A stretch of 64,000 nt of DNA from Dehalococcoidia bacterium (GCA_965197585.1 OZ240215.1:2080001-2144000), one strand, 5' to 3'. Counted from the first letter of the stretch, positions 20,930 to 31,043 are shown. Translations and numbers: made by a program. The notes: a model not told the origin generated them from the letters alone.

Positions 20930-21186
20930 GGGGGAAACACCGGGGAGTGAATAGTTACGGTGTAGTCCTCTTCACCCTCACTGACCTTCTGGAGCATAAA
21001 GGTCCCTTCCTCGTGATCTTTGGTGGTTTTCACGTAAGCATCAATGTAAGTGTCGTATGCCCCGAGAACTTCGTGGTTCTTTAGCACAATGACCTTGCCG
21101 TCATACTTCTTCACGAAGTCGTCCTGGTTGTCTAGGTAATAGCGGAATTCGTTATTGACAGTTTCGATGTCCTTGGTGAGTGCCAT
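20926..21186 (-). CDS. Small DUF5678-like protein
   Basis: F.YY..NQ..FVKKY.GKVIV....V.G.YD pattern; typical partner upstream of aspartyl proteases. Confidence 0.7.
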   Translation of the reverse strand: MALTKDIETVNNEFRYYLDNQDDFVKKYDGKVIVLKNHEVLGAYDTYIDAYVKTTKDHEEGTFMLQKVSEGEEDYTVTIHSPVFPP

Positions 21187-21274
21187 GATATCGGCCTCCT
21201 GTTTGAATGGAGTATTGCACGTGGGAAACCGAGATGCAAAGAATATGCTATATATTATAGCTCGTAACTATCAT

Positions 21275-22054
21275 TCAAGTCCCCGCCGACACATCCACTA
21301 TCTGCCCCGTCATCCCGCTCGAGTCCTCGGAGGCGAAGAACACGGCGCACTGTGCCACCTCCTCGGGGGTGACCATACGGCGAAGCGACGCCCGACTTTC
21401 CAGCCGTGTCCGCACCTCCTCGTAAGTCCGCTCCGAGCTTCCGACGAACGCATTGATCACCCTCTCTATTCTGTCTCCCTCGGTGGCGCCGGGGCAGATG
21501 CAGTTGACCCGGATGTTGTCGGGCCCGACCTCTTGGGCCAAAGTCAGCGTGAACCCGTGCATTCCCCACTTGGACGTGACGTAGGAGCTTCGCTTGGGGG
21601 TTACCCTTTTCCCCGCCATCGAAGAAATGTTGATGATGTTCCCCGACTTCCGGGGCCGCATATCTTTCAAGGCTTCTCGGCTGCAGAGCATCGTCCCCGT
21701 TATGTTAACTGCGATAACTTGGTTCCAGTCTGCCAGGTCCATGTTGGAAACGTCCAGAAACTGCCCCGAAATCCCCGAGTTGTTCACCAGCAGGTCTATC
21801 TTTCCGAACTCGGCGATGGTCTTGTTCACCATCGCTATGACCTGGTCCTCGTCGGCGATGTCTGCGGTGATGGGCAAGCATTGTCGCCCCATTTCACGTA
21901 TCCTTGCCGCCACCCGCTCCAGGTTGGCGGTGTTCCGGGAGGCTATCGCAACGTCGGCGCCCTCCCTGGCGAAGGCCAGCGCTATCGACTCCCCAATCCC
22001 CACACCCCCACCAGTCACCAACGCCTTCTTGTCCAGCAATCTTTGACTTGCCAT
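21275..22054 (-). CDS. Short-chain dehydrogenase/reductase
   Basis: TGGGVGIG, NNSG, YVTSK, VNCICPG. Confidence 0.92.
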   Translation of the reverse strand: MASQRLLDKKALVTGGGVGIGESIALAFAREGADVAIASRNTANLERVAARIREMGRQCLPITADIADEDQVIAMVNKTIAEFGKIDLLVNNSGISGQFLDVSNMDLADWNQVIAVNITGTMLCSREALKDMRPRKSGNIINISSMAGKRVTPKRSSYVTSKWGMHGFTLTLAQEVGPDNIRVNCICPGATEGDRIERVINAFVGSSERTYEEVRTRLESRASLRRMVTPEEVAQCAVFFASEDSSGMTGQIVDVSAGT

Positions 22055-22059
22055 GTTCT

Positions 22060-23202
22060 TTACCTGACTGCCTTGCAGCTTCTCAGTCCTGAGATTTCTT
22101 CGCCTGAGTACCCGACTTCCCCAAGCACTTCATCAGTATGCTGCCCCAGAGAAGGCGCAGCCTTCTCCGACACACCAGGAGTTTTGGAGAAGATGGCCGG
22201 CGCTCCCCGCAGGGTTATGGGTCCCAGGTCCGGGGAATCGTAGTCCACACTTAGGCCGTTCCTCTTCATCTGCGGGTCTTCGTAAAGGTCAGAGACCTGC
22301 TGCACTAGGGAGCATGGGACTCGTTCCTTCTCCAGCCTCGAAATCCACTCGTCCGATGGAGCGGAGGCGAAGGTCTGGGCCAAAGACTCGGATTGCGCCT
22401 CGTCGGCAGAAGCCCCGTTTTCCATAGCCCTTGCCTTGTCGCCAAGAGCCCTGCTCAGCCGCCCCCACTCGTCTCCCGACCGCACACCTAGGAAGATCCA
22501 CCCATCGGAGGTCTTGTAGAGCCGATATCCGGGGCTTTCGCCGATGTAGTCAGCCTCCCGGGCCCCGTTCCCGCCGCTCCTAACAACCACATACCTCCCC
22601 GACTGCGTAGCCATGCAGGCCCGCAGCAACGAAGTCTCCACCTTCCGGCCCTTACCCGTCCGCGCCCTGGCCAGCAGCCCCAGTGAAACTCCGTAAGCCC
22701 CCAGGCACGCCGCCCCGTAGTCCGAGATGGCCAGAACCAGAAACACAGGCGGCCTGGACGCCCCTCCTTGGAATGCCATAGCCCCACTCCGAGCCTGGAG
22801 CAATGGGTCGAAGCCCGGTTTGCTCCTGTACGGCCCTTCCTGCCCATAGGCCGACACCGAACAATACACGAGGCTAGGATTTATCTTGCTCAACGTCGCA
22901 TAGTCCGCCCCCAGCCTCTTCGCCACTCCCGGCCGGTAGTTCTCCACCACAACGTCAGCCTCTTTAACCAGTCGATAGAGCACCCCCCGCCCCTCTTCCG
23001 TCTTGAGGTCAATACATATGCTCCTCTTGCCCCGGTTCCAGTCCTGGAAGGTCGGGCCGAGGCTGCGGAAGGGGTCGCCGGTCAGGGACTCCACTTTGAT
23101 TACGCTGGCCCCGAAGTCAGCCAGGAGTCCGGGGCACAGCGCACCCGCTATGTAGCTGGATAGGTCAACAACCTTGACGTTGGAAAACGGTGAGGTTAGC
23201 AA
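22060..23202 (-). CDS. Class III CoA-transferase (CaiB/BaiF), carrying the catalytic Asp
   Basis: VVDLS.YIAG, NRGKRS, ENYRPG, ISDY; probable TTG start at 23202. Confidence 0.9.
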   Translation of the reverse strand: MLTSPFSNVKVVDLSSYIAGALCPGLLADFGASVIKVESLTGDPFRSLGPTFQDWNRGKRSICIDLKTEEGRGVLYRLVKEADVVVENYRPGVAKRLGADYATLSKINPSLVYCSVSAYGQEGPYRSKPGFDPLLQARSGAMAFQGGASRPPVFLVLAISDYGAACLGAYGVSLGLLARARTGKGRKVETSLLRACMATQSGRYVVVRSGGNGAREADYIGESPGYRLYKTSDGWIFLGVRSGDEWGRLSRALGDKARAMENGASADEAQSESLAQTFASAPSDEWISRLEKERVPCSLVQQVSDLYEDPQMKRNGLSVDYDSPDLGPITLRGAPAIFSKTPGVSEKAAPSLGQHTDEVLGEVGYSGEEISGLRSCKAVR

Positions 23203-24368
23203 ATCAACGCCCCCGATTTCACCAGCTTGGCACACTCCGCCTCTCCGTATCCCAATCCTGACAGCACATCCACCCCGTGCTCTCCGAGCCCCGGCGCAGG
23301 AGCCGGCACCGAGCCGTTCAACCCGGAAACCGTCACCGGCGGCCCAAGCTGGGTCATGATGCCGAGCATCGGATCGTCAATCTGGACTAGGATGCTGTCT
23401 GATAAGACCTGTGGATCGACCAGGAAGTCGTCACGGGAGTCAGCGGGAGCTGCAGGGACGTCGTGCTCATCGAAATGCCGCACCCAGTATGCCTGCGGTT
23501 CCTTGCTGATCTTATCTCCAATGGCCTTCTTGACCGCCTCATGGTCTTCCGGCGTAAATGACCACGGTGCGTCCCGGAACCGAGGGTTGACCGTAAACTC
23601 TTCCATGTCCAGGGCAATGCAAAGCTTGCCCCAGAAAGTATCGTTGCCACAGGCGATGAATATCCACTTCCTGTCACTGCACTGGTAGAGGCGATAGGCG
23701 GGCTTCACCCCTCGAGGGTCTCGCTCCGGCCCCTCAGGGTCTCCGAGGCCCGGTCCCCGGATGAAGCCGCTGCCCTGCATGGTTACCGAGCCGTTGAGTA
23801 GAGGGACCTCCACCTTCTGCCCGATTCCCTCGGTCTCCCGCACGTAAAGCGCCGAAGTTATTGTGTAGGCCGCGAGGAAGGCCGACCCGGAGCTCGGGCC
23901 GGGCACGGTGCTGTACTCCGGCATACCATCAGGACCATTCTGGTTACCCATGAGGGCCGAATAGGCAGCGACCACGCCGTCGTTGGCCGGTTTATCGGCG
24001 AGAGGACCTTCCTCGCCGAAAGGCGGAATGGCACAGTAGATGAGAAGCGGGTTCAGATCACTCAGCGATTCGTAGTCAACCCCACGCTCCCATGCCTCGC
24101 GGGGCAGATAGTCTTCCACAACCACGTCCGCCGACTTCACTATAGCCTCAAAAGCATCCCAGGCCCCTTCCACCGACAAGTCGAGGGCCACGCTCCACTT
24201 GCCCCGGTTCCAGTGATGGAATGGCGCGTCGCCTCGCCAGTCAGGGGCGTCGGGAGTCTCCACCTTAATCACCGAGGCCCCCATGTCTCCCAGCAGCATG
24301 CAGGCGTAGGCCCCAGCCATGTCTCGGGACAGGTCTACTACGGTATAGCCGGAGAGGACGGATTCCAT
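23196..24368 (-). CDS. Class III CoA-transferase (CaiB/BaiF), apparently lacking the catalytic Asp
   Basis: VVDLS..MAG, GA.VIKVE, NRGK.S, APGLGEH; PGPSSGS at the position of the Asp. Confidence 0.88.
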   Translation of the reverse strand: MESVLSGYTVVDLSRDMAGAYACMLLGDMGASVIKVETPDAPDWRGDAPFHHWNRGKWSVALDLSVEGAWDAFEAIVKSADVVVEDYLPREAWERGVDYESLSDLNPLLIYCAIPPFGEEGPLADKPANDGVVAAYSALMGNQNGPDGMPEYSTVPGPSSGSAFLAAYTITSALYVRETEGIGQKVEVPLLNGSVTMQGSGFIRGPGLGDPEGPERDPRGVKPAYRLYQCSDRKWIFIACGNDTFWGKLCIALDMEEFTVNPRFRDAPWSFTPEDHEAVKKAIGDKISKEPQAYWVRHFDEHDVPAAPADSRDDFLVDPQVLSDSILVQIDDPMLGIMTQLGPPVTVSGLNGSVPAPAPGLGEHGVDVLSGLGYGEAECAKLVKSGALIC

Positions 24369-24524
24369 ATTCAGGATGCCTCGGGAGGAGAGATTAAGGT
24401 TGCCACTTACCTATGGTTTTACTCGTGGAAAACGCGGCCAATTGTGCCATTGAGCCTTGAAGAGTGTCAACGCGGAGCAGCATAACAGCGAGGATGAGTA
24501 TAATGCCCCCAGGAGGCCCCACCC

Positions 24525-25334
24525 GTGCCCGAGATACCCGACCTCGAAAACATAATCGCATTCCTCAACAACAAGGTTCCCGGCGTGAGGATCGACTCCG
24601 TGGAGCCCCGCATCCCCATCGTCATCCGGTTCCCCACAGCCGACGATCTCGCCAAGAGGCTCAAAGGGCAGACCTTGTCCGGCGTCAGCCGCAGGGGCAA
24701 ATTCCTGCTTTTCAAGACGGAGTCGGGCGACACCCTGGCCGTGAACCCCATGCTCACAGGCCGCTTCCAGTATGTCGAACCGGAAACGAAAACCCACGCC
24801 AAGACCTGCTTCACCCTGAAACTCGGAAACGGAATGGATCTCCGCTACCACGATATGCGGGTCATGGGCAAGGTCTACTGCGTCGGGCTCGGTGAGGAAT
24901 CGATAATCCCCAACTTTGAGCGCATGGGCCCCGACGCCCTAGACCCCGACGTCACCCTCGAAGTCTTCAATGCCCGGCTCCGCCGCTTCTCCGGCCAGAT
25001 AAAACGAGTCCTGGTCACCGATACCTTCCTCGCAGGAATCGGCAACGCCTACTCCGACGAAATCCTCTTCGACGCCGGCATCTACCCCTTCCGGCGCCGG
25101 ACTACCCTATCCGATGAGGAAATCGAGACCCTCTACAACAGCGTGCACTCGGTGCTAGGGGAGGCCACGAGAGTCGTGGGTGAGCGCATGAACGGGCGCA
25201 TCGACCTGAAGATTAGGGACTTCCTGAAGATTCACCGCAAGGGTGGTCAGGACTGCCCCAACTGCGGAGGCAGGATCGGCGAGGTGAAGGCCAATCAGCG
25301 GATGACCAACTTCTGCCGCACCTGCCAGAAGTAG
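24525..25334 (+). CDS. Fpg/Nei family DNA glycosylase
   Basis: N-terminal PE, RRGKFL, GIGNAYSDEIL, C-terminal CPNCG...FCRTCQ zinc finger. Confidence 0.92.
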   Translation: MPEIPDLENIIAFLNNKVPGVRIDSVEPRIPIVIRFPTADDLAKRLKGQTLSGVSRRGKFLLFKTESGDTLAVNPMLTGRFQYVEPETKTHAKTCFTLKLGNGMDLRYHDMRVMGKVYCVGLGEESIIPNFERMGPDALDPDVTLEVFNARLRRFSGQIKRVLVTDTFLAGIGNAYSDEILFDAGIYPFRRRTTLSDEEIETLYNSVHSVLGEATRVVGERMNGRIDLKIRDFLKIHRKGGQDCPNCGGRIGEVKANQRMTNFCRTCQK

Positions 25335-25347
25335 CCGCCGGACTGGG

Positions 25348-26298
25348 TTAGAGTCCCAGGGCCTGCTCTGCGTAGGCCCCCAGCATCCCCTCCTTCTCCT
25401 CGTTGGAGAGCAACGGCAGGGCCATGACCTGCTCGATAGTACGATCAAGGTCGTACCAGGGGAAGTCCGAGCCCATTAACACGCGGGATGCGCCGATATC
25501 CCGGATGAGCCGGGCGAACTCGTCTTCACCTGGGGCGTTAGTTGCCCCACCGACCCACTCGATGATCTCGCAGCAGTCGAAATAGGCATTCGAATACTCC
25601 TCGGCAAGCTCCCGAGCCTGGCCCCAGGTTCCTCCTCCCATGTGGGCTATGACAACCTTGAGGTCGGGGAACGCCGCCAGCATTCCCGCAAAGGCCCGTG
25701 GCTCGGCATACCCCGCACCCAGTTTGTCCGGCCCCGAGTGCGCGACTATCGGCATCCCCATCTCCTGGCAGGCACTGTAGGCAGGCCACATCCGCTCATC
25801 GCTCATGTTGAAGCCCTGCGCCGGCCCGTGCAGCTTCACACCCCGTGCCCCGTGCTTTTCGACCATCTCCCGCAGATGGGATGCACCCTCTTCTCCCGGC
25901 ATGGCTATGGCGTCCAGCGCGATGTATGGCAAGAGGTTACCGTGGCCCTTGACCCGTTCACACGCACCGATGTTGAACTCCCTCAGGTTGTCGGAATACC
26001 CCGCCTCAACCTCCCTGATCGCCGCCTCCCGCTCCGTTGCCGACATCCTCCCCGGCATCTTGGCCACCGCCCGCTCCATCACCCCTCTGGTGGAGAACAG
26101 GTTGACGACAATTGCCTTGTGTACACCCGCTGCCTCCATCGCCTCCAAAGTGTCTTCCAGGTCGCCATCGTATTCGCTGAACTTGACGCCCGGTTTCTCG
26201 CCATATTCCCAAATGCCGTAGTCTCCTTTTTCGAAGGCGCCCACGGCCTTGGTCGGGTACAGGTGCAGGTGGGAATCTATCTTAAGTACGTCAGCCAT
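25348..26298 (-). CDS. Amidohydrolase_2 family protein
   Basis: IDSHLH, GVKLH, AHSG, AHMGG, MGSDFP; start taken at MADVLK. Confidence 0.88.
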   Translation of the reverse strand: MADVLKIDSHLHLYPTKAVGAFEKGDYGIWEYGEKPGVKFSEYDGDLEDTLEAMEAAGVHKAIVVNLFSTRGVMERAVAKMPGRMSATEREAAIREVEAGYSDNLREFNIGACERVKGHGNLLPYIALDAIAMPGEEGASHLREMVEKHGARGVKLHGPAQGFNMSDERMWPAYSACQEMGMPIVAHSGPDKLGAGYAEPRAFAGMLAAFPDLKVVIAHMGGGTWGQARELAEEYSNAYFDCCEIIEWVGGATNAPGEDEFARLIRDIGASRVLMGSDFPWYDLDRTIEQVMALPLLSNEEKEGMLGAYAEQALGL

Positions 26299-26445
26299 AT
26301 TTTGCGTCTCCTCCCCTGGGGGTGGGTTGGGGTTTTGAGCAATGGTATTCCGGGGCGGGGCCGGGGGCAAGGGAGGTGATACGCCAAATGGCCAGCAGTG
26401 TGATATTGTGTCGGGGCTACGCAGAATTCGAAAGGGGGTGGAAAC

Positions 26446-27222
26446 TTGGCATCGACATCCATAGACCTGAGCGGACAGATAGCCATTGTAACCGGCGGTT
26501 CGAGGGGTATTGGAGGCGCCATAGCCGCGGGGCTGGCCCGGTCGGGCGCCGACGTAACCATCGCCGACCTCCCCCAACGGCGAGAGGATGCCTCCAGGAC
26601 CCTCGCCCTCATCGAAGAGTCGGGCGGCGTGGCCCGGGCCCTTGACGTGGATGTCAGCGACCCCGACCAAATCCGAAATGCCGTCTCACAGACCGTTGCT
26701 GACAAAGGCCGCCTGGACATTATGGTCAACAACGCTGGGATCACAATTCGCGGCTCTGCCCTGGACCTCACGCCTGAGCAGTGGGACCGCCTCCACAATG
26801 TCAATCTCAGGGGCGTGTTCTTCGGCTGCCAGGCCGCCGCCCGAGAGATGATGAAGACAGGAGGGGGCAGGATCGTCAACACCGCCTCGGAGCTCGCCTT
26901 TGTCGTTCCCAGGAGCCATATCTCGGCCACTTACATTGCGAGCAAGCACGGGGTGGTCGGCCTGACCAAGTCCCTGGCCGTGGAATGGGCACAGCAAGGG
27001 ATCCGCGTCAACGCCATCTCCCCAGGCCCCACCAACACCGACATGATGGCCCCAACAGTCAACGACCCCGAACGCCTCGCCGTTACGGTGGCCGAGATTC
27101 CCATCGGCAGGATGGTCGAACCCCAGGACCTCGTCGGCGCTGTCCTATTCTTGGCCAGCAACCTTTCAGCCATGGTCACGGGTCACGTGATCCTGGTGGA
27201 CGGGGGCCGGATACTGGTCTAA
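26446..27222 (+). CDS. Short-chain dehydrogenase/reductase
   Basis: TGGSRGIG, NNAG, YIASK, VNAISPG. Confidence 0.92.
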   Translation: MASTSIDLSGQIAIVTGGSRGIGGAIAAGLARSGADVTIADLPQRREDASRTLALIEESGGVARALDVDVSDPDQIRNAVSQTVADKGRLDIMVNNAGITIRGSALDLTPEQWDRLHNVNLRGVFFGCQAAAREMMKTGGGRIVNTASELAFVVPRSHISATYIASKHGVVGLTKSLAVEWAQQGIRVNAISPGPTNTDMMAPTVNDPERLAVTVAEIPIGRMVEPQDLVGAVLFLASNLSAMVTGHVILVDGGRILV

Positions 27223-27267
27223 GGCTGCGTAGATACCTCTGTGCAACCCCTTGCAAGGTTCCGGGAT

Positions 27268-27333
27268 ATTCCGTTCGCCCTGAGCGAGCTGTAAGTCCGC
27301 CTCTGGAGGATCGAAGGGTCGCAAGAACGGAAT
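27268..27333. repeat. REP-like family A copy with nested 22-nt module
   Basis: attccgttcgccctgagcgag[ctgtaagtccgcctctggagga]tcgaagggtcgcaagaacggaat. Confidence 0.8.
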
Positions 27334-27579
27334 AGGTGTAGGGAGGCGTCCCGTCCCCTCTCCATTGACGAAACCTTTGCATAACCTATGTTGGAGGGGC
27401 CGGGGCCGCTCGTGCTGAGGCTCTCGAAGTATGAGCGGGAGTGGAAGTCGTGTGATCTGGATAGAACAACACGTGCAAGCCGCCGTTACGCAAAGGTCAC
27501 TTGACGGAAGAGGGCTAGAGTCGAAGATTAGCCGAGGAGACTGAGGGTGATCCGGCTTTGGCGCACATTTAAGCAAAGA

Positions 27580-29115
27580 TCACTCAGCTACTATCGGCTG
27601 GGCCACAATCCACAGGCTCACGACCGTGTAACCGACCATCAACACCACCATCGGGTACTGGCTCCTTATCGCCGCCCGTGAGCCCATCTTCCTCATCGAT
27701 ATTACGTGGGCCACGTACACCGCGATCACGTGTCCGATGACTATCGCCGCTACCCCCACGAACCACACTAGCCGAGCGCTGACTACGGATATCTGCACTT
27801 GCCAGTCCGCCGTACCGAACAGGTCCCAGCCCCACCCAAATGGGTCGGAAATCTCCTTGACGATCAGCTGCCCCTGGATAGCGAGAAACGAGAAGAAGTG
27901 GGCCACGTTGTAGGCCAGCGCGATGGGTATTAGCGATGGTATGTACGCCCGAGCCGTCTCGCCCGTCGAACCCCCCTCCCCCGACGCCAGGTTGGAAATT
28001 CGGCAGGTCAACAGGTAGGCGCCCATGAAAACAAGCGGTGCCGCGATAAGTACAATAGTGGTGTTCAGGTCATTGCGGTAGAACTGGACGTCGGTCAGGA
28101 AGTACCCCTTGACGCTTTGCCAGGCCTCGGTCTCCTTGAACCCGTCCAGCGTCACGGTGGACAGGGCCAGGACTATGAAAACTACCTCTGAGGTTCGAAC
28201 GGATTGGGGATAGGCGAGTCCGGCGCCCGGAGGTCGCAGGTTCAACTCCCGAGCCCCTTTTGCACTCTCGAAACAGTCGTAGCAGTTAACGCATTCCTCA
28301 CCCGACTCTTCACAGGTGAGCTCGCACTGGGCGCACCCCTGGGGGTCTGTGGCACGTACCTCGGTGACAGCGAATTTGGATAGGAAGCGGTAGAGAACGG
28401 CAAAGGCCTCGCCGTACTGAAGCCAGGTGTGCTTGCCGAACAGGAACATCCCGCCGAGAGTAACGACGGTGTAGAAGACAATCATTATCCCGATATGGGT
28501 CGGGGCGCCGGCGTGAACGTACACGTTTTCGATCCATGCAAAGCCAAAGAACAGGACGATTGCCGGCGTAACCCCGAGCTCTTCCGGATACCGGAGCCCG
28601 AGCCCCAACCTCCGGCCACCCGTGAGCCTCGCGTAAAGGGCTGCAGCCCATTCGAAGATAACCTGCCAGGGATTGAGCAGAGCCCACAGGTTCCCCACCA
28701 GCGAGAACAGGTACCCCAACCCCACCCACCACCCCACCCATATGAACGCCACCGAGAAATTCAGTATCGAGGCAGGGTTCCCCCAGAAGGCCGTCGCTAT
28801 CAACAGTCCCAGCGTCGCGACGGAAATCAACCGCAGGAAACTCAGAGTCAGGACGTTTTCCAGCACGGCCCGGAGCCCGCGCAGTCGATAGAGATTCAAA
28901 CGGGCCACGCCTCGGGCGCCGGGCCTGCCCCGAAGGAACATCCCCACAACGACGAATGAGACCAGCACCGTGGCCCCGGCCCCGTACAGGTAGAGCCAAA
29001 GCGGCACCGGAAGATCATACCGCTCCCCAAACCCGTGGGCGTAAGCAATGCCGGGCTGAAACAATACGAGAGCCGCAAGGAACAACCCACCTAGCAACAG
29101 GACTCGCACCATCAA
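27580..29115 (-). CDS. Polytopic membrane protein (AHGFG.RYDLP family) with internal Cys cluster
   Basis: Signal peptide ending AYA-HGFGERYDLP; many transmembrane segments; CAQCELTC...CVNCYDC; conserved YNVAH and GHV. Confidence 0.8.
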   Translation of the reverse strand: MMVRVLLLGGLFLAALVLFQPGIAYAHGFGERYDLPVPLWLYLYGAGATVLVSFVVVGMFLRGRPGARGVARLNLYRLRGLRAVLENVLTLSFLRLISVATLGLLIATAFWGNPASILNFSVAFIWVGWWVGLGYLFSLVGNLWALLNPWQVIFEWAAALYARLTGGRRLGLGLRYPEELGVTPAIVLFFGFAWIENVYVHAGAPTHIGIMIVFYTVVTLGGMFLFGKHTWLQYGEAFAVLYRFLSKFAVTEVRATDPQGCAQCELTCEESGEECVNCYDCFESAKGARELNLRPPGAGLAYPQSVRTSEVVFIVLALSTVTLDGFKETEAWQSVKGYFLTDVQFYRNDLNTTIVLIAAPLVFMGAYLLTCRISNLASGEGGSTGETARAYIPSLIPIALAYNVAHFFSFLAIQGQLIVKEISDPFGWGWDLFGTADWQVQISVVSARLVWFVGVAAIVIGHVIAVYVAHVISMRKMGSRAAIRSQYPMVVLMVGYTVVSLWIVAQPIVAE

Positions 29116-29210
29116 GTTGCGCCCCCCGGATCATGGACCGGCATTAGAGTTCCTGCCATTACCGAGACCTTTATACAAACCCGCACAATAGGGGAAAAGG
29201 AGGTGTCTTA

Positions 29211-29335
29211 TCCCCTCTCCCTCGATGGGAGAGGGCTAGGGTGAGGGTGATCCCTGTCCTGCTGCAACAACTACGCAATGGTTTCTCGACGGGAGAGGGC
29301 TAGGGCCGTAGGCTCGCTGAGGAGAGTGAGGGTGA
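29211..29335. repeat. REP-like family B (CCCCTCTCCC..GGGAGAGGGCTAGGGTGAGGG), two copies
   Basis: Copies at 29211-29250 and ~29285-29335; degenerate copy at ~27500-27550. Confidence 0.7.
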
Positions 29336-29367
29336 TCCGCGGCCCGCAGCAGTTCCCCAAAGACCCC

Positions 29368-30192
29368 CTACCTCGGCAGCACTTCCAGGAATCCAATTAC
29401 GGTCTCTTCAGGAGTGGCAACAGTGCCCTCTCCACCGCTATCATCCATGCCGTCGTGGTCCGTTTCGCCGTCCATGGCGTCATCAACCACGCTCATGTCC
29501 CCGTGTCCCGCGCCGTCGGCGAGGGTCACGGTGGTCATCACGTCTATGTTGTAGTAACAGTGCTCAGTATCGGATAGTCTGGCCATGATGTCGTGCTCAC
29601 CGCCTGACTCTACCAGGACCTTTGCCTCGGGTATCAGGTACATTCCCCGAAGCTCTCCATCAACGTAGAGATGCCAGTGACCCTTGGCTACTTCCCTTTC
29701 GGTCTCGGTCAGGGTCAACTCGAAGTTCTCCAAGACAACCCCGACTTCGATTTCGCCCGCATCGCTCCCCGGCTCCGCGTTCACCTGTATAGTCGGAGGC
29801 TCGGCGCCCTCCGGGAGGGGGACAACGTCGGGACAACCCGAGGTATCGGAGTTGTCATGCGAGTGCCCCCCGACCGCGGCAGGATGCACGGCCATCGCAA
29901 ACCGACCCTCCAGGTCGGCAACAAACTCCATCCTCGTGACCCCTTCTTCGCCTAGCTCATCCTCGAGATCATACCCGTGGAGATGGAGTGTTCCGGCTTC
30001 ATCAGAGGTGATTAAGAGGACAACCGTGTCCCCATTCTTAGCCCTGAACACCGTCGACCCCTGCTCCAGCTCTCTGTCCCGGATATCGAGGTTGAACTCA
30101 ACGGTCTCGGGCACCGACCCCGAGCAGGCCGCTATTAACAGCAACCCTACGGCGGCCAGTCCCACGACCATAAAGCTCACGCGTCTCATCAT
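29368..30192 (-). CDS. Lipoprotein with cupredoxin-like N-terminal domain and His/Met-rich segments
   Basis: Lipobox IAAC; LHLHGYD, GRF...H, GHWHLYVDG, GHGDM. Confidence 0.7.
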   Translation of the reverse strand: MMRRVSFMVVGLAAVGLLLIAACSGSVPETVEFNLDIRDRELEQGSTVFRAKNGDTVVLLITSDEAGTLHLHGYDLEDELGEEGVTRMEFVADLEGRFAMAVHPAAVGGHSHDNSDTSGCPDVVPLPEGAEPPTIQVNAEPGSDAGEIEVGVVLENFELTLTETEREVAKGHWHLYVDGELRGMYLIPEAKVLVESGGEHDIMARLSDTEHCYYNIDVMTTVTLADGAGHGDMSVVDDAMDGETDHDGMDDSGGEGTVATPEETVIGFLEVLPR

Positions 30193-30818
30193 CAGTTCTT
30201 ATCCTGCTCCAGAGTGTCAGTGTCAATAACGTCTGAGCCGCCGTTTTGTTGCGCTCTCTTCCTGCGTCGGTCCCAGCGTCTCCACGCTTCCAGCATAGCC
30301 AAGAGAATGGGAAAAGCCAGTACAACTATAAGTATTGCGAAAATCTTGCTGGCCGGGCCCCGAACCTCGAGAGGAAAACTCGCCTCGGCCAGACCCAGGG
30401 GCCCGTCGATGGAAAGTCCCAAGGTCCAAACACCCTCCGCCTCCATGTGGACGTTTACGTCGTACAGGTCCGGGTTCACGGTGGACCTGTTGATGCCGAA
30501 GGAGTTCGCCTCCAGGCCCGACTCTTCAGGCGGAGTGACGGAGAGCGAGAGTGCCGCTTCAGTGATGACTTCCTGAGTAGATGGGTCAGAAATGCTGAAG
30601 GTGAAGTGGACCAGGCCCTCGGTGGGGTTGCCGGGAGTGGAAGTTACAACTACCTGGTACCCTTCCACCTGCTCTTCGAAGATGGTTCGGGTGTCGACTC
30701 CCCCGTTGGCCAACGCCCGAGGCGCGCCCGCTACAATCAGCGCGCCAAACGTGACCAGTATGCCGATGAAAAGGAGCGCAGTTCTAGGACTCACACGAAG
30801 ATGGGAAAGGGAGAACAA
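30192..30818 (-). CDS. Exported YtkA/FixH-like Ig-fold protein with C-terminal membrane anchor
   Basis: Signal peptide, Y.V....EG.W.L.L.IDGPLG, C-terminal TM plus basic tail; overlaps next gene. Confidence 0.6.
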   Translation of the reverse strand: MFSLSHLRVSPRTALLFIGILVTFGALIVAGAPRALANGGVDTRTIFEEQVEGYQVVVTSTPGNPTEGLVHFTFSISDPSTQEVITEAALSLSVTPPEESGLEANSFGINRSTVNPDLYDVNVHMEAEGVWTLGLSIDGPLGLAEASFPLEVRGPASKIFAILIVVLAFPILLAMLEAWRRWDRRRKRAQQNGGSDVIDTDTLEQDKN

Positions 30819-30830
30819 ACCAGGTACCGG

Positions 30831-31043
30831 CTATCCGTCGCTCAATCCCGATACAAAGGTGATCTCTTCAAGGTCTTTGCGGCAGTCGGGGCAGCGGCGT
30901 GTCTTGTACATCCGGATCGTAGCGTCGATGTCCATGTATTCCTTGTCCCGCGGGACCTTGCTCCAGATCACGTCGCAGGAATTGCAGATCAACACGTTGG
31001 CATTCGCTGAATATTCGCCTGTCCACTCGTCGCCGCGTAGCAA
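30831..31043 (-). CDS. Small CxxC-x-CxxC putative zinc-binding protein
   Basis: ICNSCD and RCPDCR in 70 aa; co-oriented, 12 nt upstream of the next gene. Confidence 0.5.
   Translation of the reverse strand: MLRGDEWTGEYSANANVLICNSCDVIWSKVPRDKEYMDIDATIRMYKTRRCPDCRKDLEEITFVSGLSDG

Noticed and set aside
23196-23235. Single fused CoA-transferase broken by a frameshift
   Set aside because: The upstream ORF has a complete family-type C-terminus and a TTG start is available at 23202.
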